Assembly: GCF_000143415.4 (NCBI RefSeq)
Contig: NW_003314287.1
Location: 1,200,203-1,264,202 of the forward strand
From: Selaginella moellendorffii
Lineage: Eukaryota; Plantae; Lycopodiophyta
Length of the DNA stretch: 64,000 bases
Direction: 5' to 3'
A program made the translations under genes and the position numbers. Of the stretch, positions 15,829 through 27,203 are shown in pieces. Within the stretch, counting starts at the first letter, position 1; each line of letters starts with the position of its first letter. The notes under the pieces are model-generated. The model made no database searches. It was given only the letters and a program-made list of their open reading frames with translations, and was not told the DNA's origin.

Positions 15829-16967
15829 ATGGAAGAGGAGGGCGCCAAGCGCGAGAGGGACGGCGCTGCGCAGGACGGTAACGATGCGAAGAAGGCCAAG
15901 GTGGATGACGTATCTATCTCGGCGGCGACTCCAGCAAATGCAGAGAAGGGGCAGAGCGGCGGAGATGTGGAGATGAAGGAGGCGGAGGCGGCGCCGCCGA
16001 TTGCCGTTGAGGAAAAGGAAGGGAAGGAGGAGAAGAAAGAGGAGGAAGAGAAGGAGGAGGAGAAGGAAGCGAATGAAGGGGAGAAGAAAGAGGAGGAGGA
16101 GAAGAAGGAAGTGAAGCTTGGTCCCATGACCTTCTCGTCCGGGAAGGAGATGTTCATGTACTTCTACGAGCTCCTCCACGGCTGGGCTGCCGACTATGAC
16201 ATGAATGAGGTAAGTCCTCTTTCCATTTCTCTTGTCTTTCGATTTGAGCTTGCGAATGGAAGATTGTGTGTTGCTTTTCGAGATGGATGCTTTCGCTTAG
16301 TTTTCTCTTCGTTAAGTTTTCGAGCTCTTGCTCTTGTTCTCTTGTTTCTTCCTTTTCGTCTGCTTGCTTGCGTCTTTGATGATAGCGCACGAGATGAGCC
16401 GTGCAGGAAACTGCGCACTGAGGTACTCTCGTGTACCCAGCCTGCATTGGCGAGGTTTAATGTGCCAACATGCTAATCTGAGACGTCATGGATTCATACT
16501 CTTCTTCGATCGAATGCTTCATCTTTGCGATGATTGTTTCCATCCTCCCAAGTAGCGATCCTCGGAACTAACCTTCTTGATCTCTTCTTTCCTTCCAGTA
16601 CGAGCATATGGTTTTGCTCGACTTGCTCAACAAAGGCCACAACGATCCCGAGGCGAAGATGGGCCCGGGAGGAGCCAAGGCCTTCCAGATCCGCGTCCAC
16701 CCCGTGTGGCGATCGCGCTGCTACTACCTCGTCCGGGCCGACGGCACTGCCGTGGACTTCAGCTATCGCAAGTGCGTCGACAAGCTCATGCCCCTCCCTC
16801 AAGAGATTTTCAACTCCTCCGGTGGCCTCAATCTGAATTCACTCCATGGAGATGGCCGAGGTGGCGGCGGCGGCAGAGGAAGAGGCAGGCACGGCGGCGG
16901 TGGTGGCGGCCGCGGTCGTGGATTTCGCGGAAGAGGTCGGGGGCGAGGGAGATCTCGCGGGTACTGA
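15829..16967 (+). CDS. DCL/DUF3223-domain protein (DOMINO1/EMB514-like) with acidic N-terminus and C-terminal RGG tail; 2 exons
   Basis: Exon 1 ends VKLGPMTFSSGKEMFMYFYELLHGWAADYDMNE. Intron is 16210-16598 (GT...AG). Exon 2 reads YEHMVLLDLLNKGHNDPEAKMG...HPVWRSRCYYLVRADGTAVDFSYRKCV, then GGRGRG repeats. Confidence 0.88.
16371..16485 (+). ncRNA. Candidate intronic box C/D snoRNA, possible U6 snRNA 2'-O-methylation guide
   Basis: Terminal stem CGTCT/AGACG, box C TGATGA 16377-16382, box D CTGA 16478-16481 and internal CTGA 16418-16421. It contains a GAAA-tetraloop hairpin. CATGCTAAT just 5' of box D is complementary to U6 AUUAGCAUG. Confidence 0.65.
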
Positions 16968-18302
16968 GCCAAGTTTTGTCAATTTAAAAGTTTTGGTATT
17001 TCGGTTATTCCACTTTCTTAAAAAGCATATTCGTATTTTAAAAGAATATTCTGTCAACTAGTGTAAACGCAATTAAAACACTAAACCCTGATTAGAGAAA
17101 GTTTAAAAGTGACCGTTAGATTTTCAAAATGGAATTAGTAAAAATTAATCAATTGTTTTTAAAACCTTTGGGCAATAAAATATTAATACTGTGAGGTGCC
17201 ATGCACTCAATAAGGTAAAATATAATAAATTATTGCTTCTACAAATAAAAATAAAAATAATTTAAGTTATAAACTTTTATACCTTTACTTAAAAAGGTTA
17301 AGATAAAATTCTTGACATACTTTTTCTGTTTCCATTTTCTTACATCTACATGTAAAGCAAGGAGATCCCTATTATTCTAGGGATTCTTCAGATTAATATG
17401 GAAAAACCAATTTAGATTTAAATTTGGAATAAGCATAAACTTGTGTACCTACTTTATGTTAGGATAAGATGTAACTTGCTTCCCCTTTAGCCCCTTCCTA
17501 AATAAATCCATTTCTTTGGGAGCCTCAGTTAATAGTAGTATTTAGAAGTGCTTCACCTCTTTTACATGAATATTTTTTTTTATAGTATTTATTGTCCAAA
17601 AGACTCCTAAAATCATCAACCTAGAAAATCTTATTCAAAAAATTTCAGAAGGTTGAACTCTTAGAAATAACATAAACTTGCATACTTACTATGTCTTAAG
17701 ACTAAATATAATTTACTCTCTATTTCACCCTTTCTTACGTATAACCATAAACAATCATAGCCTTTTAGAAATTACCTAACTGTATTACTTTCCATAGTAA
17801 TGCTATTACAACTCATTTTTTGATAGTCAATAATTAAAATGATGATTTTGTATTAGAATTAGATAATTAAATTAAGAGTTTCATTCAAAAATGACTTTAC
17901 AATGCTTGGTTTTTACACAAAAATGCATTCAATACATTAGATTTCAAACAACAAAATATAAAAATAGAAGGAAAGAACACAATTATAGAACATTGTGTAT
18001 TTTTTTTAGGGGGAGATACCTTGTATAATAAATCTTTTGAATGCAATATTAAACACTGAAGCTAAAACAAATAGTTTTGGAGGGCTTCAAGTGAAAAGAT
18101 AAAAATTCATGACTACGCAAAAAAAATTTATAAGGAAATATATAAGTTATCAACAAACTTCATTAGGATCTTAGTACACTCTTAAGGTTTTTTAATCATA
18201 TGGGAAAAGAGGGAAAAACTTTTAAGAATGTCAATATGGTATTAAATATTACAGCTATATATAGTTAAAAGTTTCATTCAAAAATTACTCCATAATGCTC
18301 AG

Positions 18303-21300
18303 TGTAAGGAATCAACTCCTCGAGGTGTCGTAGGCTAAAGGATCATTGAAAGCACGACCGAAATGATAAAAACTTTATCGGATGGGACCGAGTCTGAGAT
18401 ATGACTTTGAGACCGAGTTCGAGATAGAGTTCAGGATCGAGTCCGAGGCCGACTTCAAGACCGAGTTCGAGACCGAGTTTGAGACTGAGTTTGAGACAAG
18501 TCTAAGACAGAGTCCGAGATCCGAGATCGGGTCCGAGACTGATTCCGAGGTCGAGTCCAAAGTCGAGTCTAAGATCGGGTTTGAGGTCGAGTCCGAGATC
18601 GAGTCCAAGACCGAGTCCGAAGTCAGGTTCGAGATCGAGTTCGAGATCAAGTCCGAGACCGAGTTCGAATACTAATACAGGTCGAGGGGTGAAAGCCCAA
18701 AGCGTGTGTCTCCCCGGGGGGGCTGTAGGGGGTTCCAAAAGTATAGTAGGGATAGAAAGGTCTAGGAACCAATCTTGAAAGAACTCTCTAATGGTGCTTC
18801 CAAATTGACTTAAGGTTGAGACTGGGGCCAAGAGGCTTTGGGTGGGAGTGAGCATGGACTCAAGTGGTGCCAGAGGGGCCACCCAAAAAAGTGCTCAAGA
18901 GCAGCTCCCACTCCTGGAAGGGAAATTGATTGCGGTGTTCCCGACTCATGTGGAGTTGTGCCCCATTTGNNNNNNNNNNNNNNNNNNNNNNNNNNNNNNN
19001 NNNNNNNNNNNNNNNNNNNNNNNNNNNNNNNNNNNNNNNNNNNNNNNNNNNNNNNNNNNNNNNNNNNNNGGGGTTTAGGTACTCATACCAGGCCATTAGG
19101 CCACAGTGTTTTGCCCTAGCATCCCGAAGCAAATGTTGCACCTAAGGCTTGAGATTTAGAGGGTCCCATGATCAAGTTTTGCTGTACTAAGGGATGTTAA
19201 GAACCTGGAGGCTTGGTGTGCTTGGCTGCTTGTGTCTGTGGGGAGTGTAGCCGAACCTTAAGTCTAGTCTAACCTGGAGAGGGGGATTGAGAGAGATTTG
19301 GGACTCCATTGATGGATGGCTAACGCTCCATTGTTCGTGTAGTGAGTAGCTGAAACCAAGTATGACCAAATAAGAGCTAGTACAATAGATGAGAACCTTG
19401 GCGAGGGAACTGTGCTTGGCTGCTTGTGCCTGTGGGGAGTGTAGCTGAACCTTAAGTCCAGTCTAACCCAGGGAAGGGGATTGGGAGAGATTTGGGAATC
19501 TGTGGATGGATGGCTAACACTCCATTGCTTGTGCAGTGAGTAGTTGAAACTAAGTAGGACTGAGTAGGAGCTGATACAATAAATGGGAATCTTGGTGAGG
19601 GAACTTAGCTAAAGCCAAGGCAGTGTTGGTTGGATAAACGAGGTAAGTTGGCAAATTGGAAAGGAAAAATTTGTGGCTTACAATTTGGTATCAGAGCCTT
19701 TTCCTCAATTCTAATGAAGGATATAGGCAAATTGCTGGGAGATGGCAAAGGCAGGGTGTAAACGAACTAAGGTGGAGACGAAACCTCCTCTAGAGCTGGA
19801 GCCTCTGGTCGAACAAGAGGTGATGGATGAGGAATCCTTGCATGAGGAGAACTCCAATGAGGAAACTTCTAAACAAAAGTCTGGTGGTGAGGTTTGGCCG
19901 TCCAAGGCTTGATTGGACGTTCTAGAAGGACAATTGGCACAAACCAATACCCTGCTAGAGACTCTCGTATGCAAGCTAAAGTGTGACAAAAAGTAAAAGA
20001 AAAGGCGAGAGACTGCAAATGCTGGCAGCATAGAAGGTGTGGACCCTTCGGCAGGGATTGAGGCAGAACCAAACAAGGTCGAACAGACCGAAGTGGAATC
20101 AGTCCCTCAGGTAGTTCCCAAGTACAATATGAATGACTACTTCCAAGCGTTGCGGTTACCGAGCTCGGAGAAGGTCCCATGTGCAAAACTATACTTGGCA
20201 GATAATGCCAAGTCTTGGTGGAGAAAGATAAAGGCCAACGAAGGACTAGTGGCCACTTGGGAAATGATGAAGGCAAAGATCCGCGCGACTTACGTTCCTC
20301 CGAATGCTACTATGCACCTAAGGGATGAGTTGAGTAGGCTGAAGCAGACCGGAACCATGGCATATTTCATACCCACCATAATGGAAGTGGATGCGGAAGG
20401 TGTGGCGAAGGTGTTCTTTGAATAAGTAGTTTGAGTGTGGGGAGGCAAGAGGAGATCATCTCAGATCAAGATAAAATCTTCACCAGTTGGTTCTGGAGAA
20501 CTCTCCTAGAACAGTATCGCATCAAGTTGAAATTCAACACAGCCTATCACCCACAGACCGGTATTGGGTATTAAGTCAAGTTGGATGGCACTAACACTTC
20601 TTGACAGCTGGACAAACGGAAAGGGTGAATAGGCAGTTGGAGGATTATTTGCGATGCTATGTCTCTGAAGACAAGATTGATTGGGTAAGTCATTTGGGAC
20701 GCGCGGAAATGTGCTATAACAACTCACCACACTCGAGTATCAGGGTGAGTCCATAAGAAGTCATCAATGGGCAGGCTATTAAAGGTCCTGTGGAACTCGG
20801 CATGGCCGAGTATCATGGAGAGTTACCTATAATGGAGGCATTCACGGTGGAAAGACTCAACATTTGGAATCTAATGAGGGATTCCTTGGAACAAGCTCAA
20901 CAAAGGCAAATCAAGTATATGAACCAAAAGCATCAGGATGTAGAGTTCTAAGCTGCGGAAAAGGTGTGGCTGAACACCAAAAACCTCAGGCTACCAAGTG
21001 GGATCAACCGGAAGTTGACCCAAAGGTAAAAATGCATGTATTCCTGGAAATGAATTAATCTTGAGTTCTTTAAACAAGTTCGTGGGGCCTTACGAGATTA
21101 AGGCATGAATTGGTAAAGTGGCTTACCATCTCCGACTTCCTCAAGAGATGGGGAAGATGCACCCAGTGTTCCATGTGAACTTACTCAAGCTATACTTTGA
21201 GGATCTGCTTCGCAAAGACCAACTAAAACCTTTACATGAGGTTATCCAAGGGAAAGAGGAATATGAAGTCTAGGCCATCTTCAATGCGCGCAAAAGCAAG

Positions 21301-23043
21301 CAACAAGGACACAAAATGAGAAAGTTCCATGTGAAGTGGAAAGGATTTCCACACTGCGAAGCAAGATAAGAACCGAAGGAGAATCTAGCAAACGCGTGAG
21401 ATCTAATGGAGGAATTTCTGCAAAGCAGAACTCTATGTACTTATGCAAAATTCAATTAAGTATCAATTGTTGAAGTTGAGCAATGGCATATGTTGGGACC
21501 CGAAGGCGTGCCGAAGGTAAGCTAATTAACATAGGTTAGCTAGGTTGACCAGGTGTAGGGAATTACACCTGACTCCTCGCGGGGATGTCAAATCCGTAAA
21601 CGTATTCTACAAAGGTTGGGTTTGAGTCCCAACCCCCTAGTAAAGCAAGGTTGGGTTGAAGTCCCAACCCCATACTAGGGCGTGGTGAGGTGAGGGGTAT
21701 AAGGACACTTATATTCCATTATCATGGGCTCTTGGTCGGAGAGGCTAACTTAGGCACACCGCTAAGTGGGGGATGCCGTCGGAGACATGGTCAACAAGTT
21801 ATAGGATTAAAAAGAGACGTTCAATGTGGGCATCTAACTTCTTCTATGGGTGGTGGAGTTGTAAGGAACCAACGCCCCGAGGTGTCGTAGGCTAAAAGAT
21901 CCCTGAAAGCACAAACGAACTGATCAAAAGTTATCAGATGGGATCGAGTCTTAGATCAAGTCCAAGNNNNNNNNNNNNNNNNNNNNNNNNNNNNNNNNNN
22001 NNNNNNNNNNNNNNNNNNNNNNNNNNNNNNNNNNNNNNNNNNNNNNNNNNNNNNNNNNNNNNNNNNNNNNNNNNNNNNNNNNNNNNNNNNNNNNNNNNNN
22101 NNNNNNNNNNNNNNNNNNNNNNNNNNNNNNNNNNNNNNNNNNNNNNNNNNNNNNNNNNNNNNNNNNNNNNNNNNNNNNNNNNNNNNNNNNNNNNNNNNNN
22201 NNNNNNNNNNNNNNNNNNNNNNNNNNNNNNNNNNNNNNNNNNNNNNNNNNNNNNNNNNNNNNNNNNNNNNNNNNNNNNNNNNNNNNNNNNNGGGGGGGGC
22301 AGGGGGGGGCTGTAAGGGATTCCAAAAGTATAGTAGGGATAGAAAGATCTAAGAGCCAATCTTGAAGGAGCTCTCTAATGGTGCTTTTAAACTGACTTGA
22401 GGTTGAAACTGGGGCCGAGGGGCATTGGGTGGGAGTGAGCATGTACTCGGGTGGTGCCAGAGGGGCCACCCAAGGAAGTGCTCAATAGCAACTCCCACTC
22501 TCGAAAGGGAAACTGATTGCAGTGCTTCTAGCTCATGTGGAGTGGTGCCCCACTTGAGTACCTTGCGGCTCATTGGTCCTCGCCCTTCCTAGGGGTTTGG
22601 GCCTTCCCTTTGGGATAGAAGTGGCGGGGGGGGGGGGGGGGTAAAGGTAACTATACCAGGCCGTTAAACCACAGCGTCCCAAAGCAAGTGTTGCATCCAA
22701 GGCTTGGGATTTAAAGGGTCCCATGATCAAATTTTGTCGTACTAAAGGATGTTAGAAACTTGGAGGTTTGTTGTGCTTGGTTGCTTATTCTTGCGGGGAG
22801 TGTAGCTGAACCTTAAGTCCAGTCTAACCTGAGGAGGGGGATTGGGAGAGATTTGGGAATCCGTGGATGGATGGCTAACGCTCCGTTGCTCATGTAGTGA
22901 GTAGCTAAAGCTAAGTAGGACCAAGTAGGAGCTGGTGCAATAAGCGGGAACCTTGGCGAAGGAACTTAGCTAAATCTAAGGAAGTGTTGGTCGGATAAAT
23001 GAGGTAAATTGGTAAATTGGAAAGGAAAAATTTGTGGCTTACA
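18303..23043 (+). mobile_element. Ty3/gypsy chromovirus LTR retrotransposon, internally deleted (copy 1)
   Basis: 5' LTR 18303-19682 and 3' LTR 21860-23043 (TG...CA). PBS TGGTATCAGAGC (tRNA-iMet) follows 19682. Purine-rich tract GGGTGGTGGAG precedes 21860. TSD CTCAG is on both sides. The interior has a gag fragment (LYLADNAKSWW) fused to a degenerate integrase C-half and chromodomain (EEYEV..FHVKWKGF). No RT or RNase H. Confidence 0.93.
18385..18670 (+). repeat. Hexamer-period array (GAGTCC/GAGACC/GAGATC/GAGTTC) in the LTR U3 region
   Basis: Directly visible 6-bp periodic array. Equivalent arrays lie at about 55245-55455 and 58630-58900 in the other LTRs. Confidence 0.85.
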
Positions 23044-26000
23044 CTCAGGTTTTATAAAAGAATACATTGTTTATACTAAATCTCAAACAATAAAATATAA
23101 AAATGTAAAGAAATATCACAATTATAAAACCCTTTATATTTTTTTCATAAAGGAGATACCTTTATATAATAAATGTTTTGAATGCGATTGAAATCTAAAA
23201 TAAATGGTGGCTGATACATTTTTTAGAGGGCTTTAATTCAAAATGTAAAAATTTATTATTAAAAAAAAACTTTACAAGGAAATACATAAATTATCAAAAA
23301 ACTAGTTAGGATCTTATTAATTTTTTAAACTTTTTTATTCACATAGAAAAAAGAGAAGGAAACTGTAAGAAGGTTAATATACTATTAAATATTGCAACCA
23401 TTGAGTTTTAAAAGAAAATAATATCCTATAAAAATTTGTTAATAAGCTATATACTTCACTATAGTTTTTTCTTTTATAATCATAAACTTTCATACTTTAA
23501 TTTAGAGTCTCCTACAAACTGTATAAGCCATCACTAAAATACAAAAGGAAGTTGAAATTTATTAGATTTAATATTTAATAGTATATTACATTCCCAAATT
23601 TTTCTCTCTTTCTTTTCACATTAAAAAATATTAAAAAATGAATAACATCCTATAAAAGTTTATTACTAAGCTATATCCTTCATTGTAGTTTTATTTTATA
23701 ATCATGAATTTTTATACTTTAATTTAGAGTCTCTCACAAATTGCATTAACCATCACTAAAATACAAAAAATGTAAAGAAATATCACAATTATAGAACCCC
23801 TTGTATATTTTTCCAAAAAGAGATACTTTTATATAATAAATATTTTGAATGCGATTGAAATCTAAAATAAATGGTGGTTAATATACTTTTTAGAAGTCTT
23901 TAAGTCAAAAGATAAAAGTTCATTATTAAAATCAAAAATTTATAAGAAAATACATAAATCATCAACAAACTTATTAGGATGTTATTAATTTCATAAGGTT
24001 TTTTAATCAGATGGAAACAAATGTAGAAAACTATAAAATGTTAATATACTATTAAATATTGCAACTATTAAGTTTGAAAAAAAAATTCTAAATTATCAAC
24101 TAAGATCTCCAACAATATATCTTTAAAATTAAATCTTTTTGTATCGAAAGTGCTCATGCAATGACTATGTACAAGTATTATTGGAAATGTAAAGCTAAAA
24201 ATTTTATTTAAAACTAAATCTAGGCAGTATGATAATAATTTAGGTTAATCATTATATAAATTTATATAGCCATTCTCCAAAATGATTTTTTTTTCAATTC
24301 ATTTTCACTGTTAAATTTCTTTTAAAAAACTTTCGTTGCTTCATTTCTTTATTCAACTAAATATCTGAAAAAAAATTGAATTTCATTGTACAAAAAAAAT
24401 AAAAAATGTTCAAAACTTAAATATTTTACTTTTTTGAGTTATTATTCAATTTATTTTTCTACCATTTTAGAACATGCCTCAAAAACACTAAAATATTAAA
24501 AAATGGTAATTTTTCATTACTTGTGGCTTGCATTAAGTTTTATTGTTACACTATAGTTCAAATCATTTTATAATAGATATCACATAAATATTTATATTAA
24601 ATTTTGAAATTTTCTGCTAGAATTATTAAAAAAATTATATTTATTTATTTGAAAAAATATCTAAAAAAATTTAATTTCATCATGCTAATAAAGTAAAGCA
24701 ACTTATAAATTTAATTATTTTACTCTTCTAAGTTTTCCTGAAATTTTGTTTTGTACCATTTGAGGACAAGCCATAAAAACACTAATACTTTATAAATTGT
24801 AATTTTTATTACGAGTGGCCTACATAAAATTTCATTGTTGCATTATAATTAGAATCATACTTATAAATAAGCATGATATAAATATTTAAATCAAATTTTA
24901 ATTTTTACTACTATTAATAACAATTTTAACCATTTATTTTAATGGTTGTATAGGTTTATAAAACTTTTATCCACAATGACTTTTAGTTTCTGTAATCCAC
25001 TTTAATTGTTAGAATTTAATTTAAAATGTTTTCTTTCTTCAATTTTTTGTTTGACCAAACATTTAAAAAAAATGGAATGAAAAAACCTAAACTCCTCATT
25101 TTGTTTTATACTATTTTTGGATTTATCACAAAAACACTTTTTTTTTATAAATGACAATCTGAAATTCATTTGTGAATCTTTTGGGATCATCTTTCAAGAA
25201 AAATTTAACATTTTGTGTTAATTACAATTTTATAAAGTAGTTTGTTATTGAAGATTAATCATTGCTAATGGCTTGAGAGCATAAAAGTTTACTGTTACAA
25301 TATAGTTTGAATTATATTTATAAATGGCTATTAAATGAACATTTTTAATAGAGAGTTTTGATTTTAGAAGTATATTATTAAATATAATGTTTACTATATT
25401 GTATCATTGTTTCCATTTTAAATTTATTAGCTTTAATATTTAATAGTATATTTACATTCCCAAAGTTTTCTCTCTTTCTTTTCACATGATTAGAAAACAT
25501 CAAAAAAGGAATATTATCCTATAAAAGTTTGTTAATAAGGTATGTACTTCATTGTAGTTTTTTTTTTATAATCATGAACTTTCATACTTTAATTTATAAT
25601 CTTCCACAAATTGCATTAGCCATCACTTCTTTTTACATAGTCTTCAATGTTACTATACAAAAGCATTTATTCATTCATTTTTAAATAAATATAATTGTTT
25701 TCATAGTTGTTGCCTTTTTTCTTACATTTTGCTATATGAGATTTAAATTTTTTTATGCAAATATTGATTTCTCATATAAAAATAAAGCATCATCAATGAC
25801 TTTCAAATGAAACTCTTAGCTTTAGTATTGTTTTAGTAACATTTACAAAAGAATTAAGCGTTCTTTCTTCACTCAATTGCTTGTAATATCTGCGCAAGCG
25901 ATCTTTTGGCCACCGCCTAGTCTACAGGCTCAGGAGCAACGGATCCAGCGAAGCCATCCAGTCCCAGCGCGAGGCTACACGAGCTGAGTGATCATTAGGG

Positions 26001-26049
26001 CTTAGCAATGTCTCCATCGTGGGTGGCAATACGGGCTCTGCCCAATCTA

Positions 26050-26660
26050 GGTGATTTGCAGAGGACAAGCTGTCGCCATAGCAGAGTACATAGAGACGCG
26101 TCTGAAGATCCTCGACGTTTTGCATCGACTCTGTGGATCGGGCTTCACACCAGGTGGGAGCTAGGAGAACGTAAAAAAGGCGAGAAAACGTAGCCGGCCT
26201 GAAGTTGAAGAAGCATAGAGACGTCCAGATATTGTTGTCAAACCAAGCTCCAAGGTATGGAAGTGTACTTTCTTTCTTGTGTGTGGAGAGCTAACCTGAT
26301 GCGTTGTTTTTCCAGGCTATTGATGAGGCACAGGCCGAACTGGAGGCTTTGGTGTCAGTGCCATCAGATGTTCATTTTGACAACGTAAAAGCGAGAAAAC
26401 ATGCCGGCATGAAGCTCAAGGCCGAGGAGGCTGGGAAGAGGCCGTGATGCCCATTGCTGGAGCAAGGTTGGAGGGGAAAGAGCAAGCTGCCTCTCGTAGC
26501 AGACAGCCTGAAGAGTTTAAACTGAAAACTGTGACAGGGAGGTGCAAGATGGATTGCACAGATCGCACAGCTCGCACAGCAGAGTGTACCGTTCGCTCAG
26601 CAGAATGCACAGTTCGCATAGCAGAATGCACAATTCTCACAACAGAATGGGCTCTAGTAT
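26050..26660 (+). pseudogene. Unidentified spliced gene or repeat fragment with 21-bp tandem units; inverted paralogous copy at 30481-30750
   Basis: GT-AG intron-like segment at about 26255-26315. CCATCAGATGTTCATT...GCCGGCATGAAGCTCAAGG matches the reverse complement of 30661-30750. TGCACAGTTCGCA.AGCAGAA-type 21-mers at 26554-26650. Confidence 0.45.
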
Positions 26661-26921
26661 TTGCCTGTGTGTAATTATATTATTGCCTGTGTGTAGTAGA
26701 TGGTCTGTATGTGGCTATGAAGATCATGAACTATTGTAACCTTCCTGTCTGAAAAACTCATAGTCAATGAAGTTCGTGATGAGTTGCAAAAGGCATATAG
26801 GTGATGAGGACCTCATTTCATTTTCAAGATTCTTTAATCACGTTCCGAGGCAAGGTAAGTATTCTCTTGGGTGCAGCAACTGTTGCCTTTGAGATTGAGA
26901 GAGTGATGAAAGTGATGAATT

Positions 26922-27100
26922 TGTGGCGATCGCGTTGCTACTACCTCCGGGCCAACGCAGTGGAATTCAGCTATCACAAGTGCGCCAGCAAGCTCATGTC
27001 GCTTTCACCAGAGATTTTCAATCCCTCCGGTGGCCTCAATCTGATTCGCTCTATGGAGCAACGCGGGAGATTTTCTTAATTTAAAATTTCTGGCTCTCGA
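26922..27100 (+). pseudogene. Degenerate partial copy of DCL-gene exon 2 and its 3' flank
   Basis: GTGGCGATCGCGTTGCTACTACCTC...CTCCGGTGGCCTCAATCTGA aligns to about 16706-16850 with small deletions. AATTTAAAATTTCTGG resembles 16981. Confidence 0.8.
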
Positions 27101-27203
27101 ACTTAGGGTTCTTAGTGATCCTATAAACCCTAAGTGGTCGATTCGTGAGCGAGGAGGGAGGAAGGTGTGGCGCCAATCCAGGTACTCGGCTTCTAGCACT
27201 TTC

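Larger units (their letters stand above)
17100..25860. repeat. AT-rich island of degenerate direct and inverted repeats (several-hundred-bp units), interrupted by an LTR element
   Basis: GGAGATACCTT(G/T)TATAATAAAT-like block at about 18012, 23151 and 23820. GTTTCATTCAAAAAT at about 17878 and 18271, with an inverted copy near 25800. TTACATTCCCAAA..TTTCTCTCTTTCTTTTCACAT at about 23586 and 25452. Confidence 0.7.

Noticed and set aside
18375-18882. ORFs rich in E/S/T or S/D (also 55194-55756 and 58578-59142)
   Set aside because: They are by-products of the hexamer array in the LTRs. Lengths vary between LTRs and no domain is recognisable.
21934-22469. ORFs spanning N runs (also about 18970-19069 and 46456-46554)
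   Set aside because: These are assembly gaps and the translations are artefacts.
25890-25921. Possible Helitron 3' end (CTAG|T) at the end of the AT-rich island
   Set aside because: The upstream hairpin is too weak and no matching 5' TC terminus was identified.
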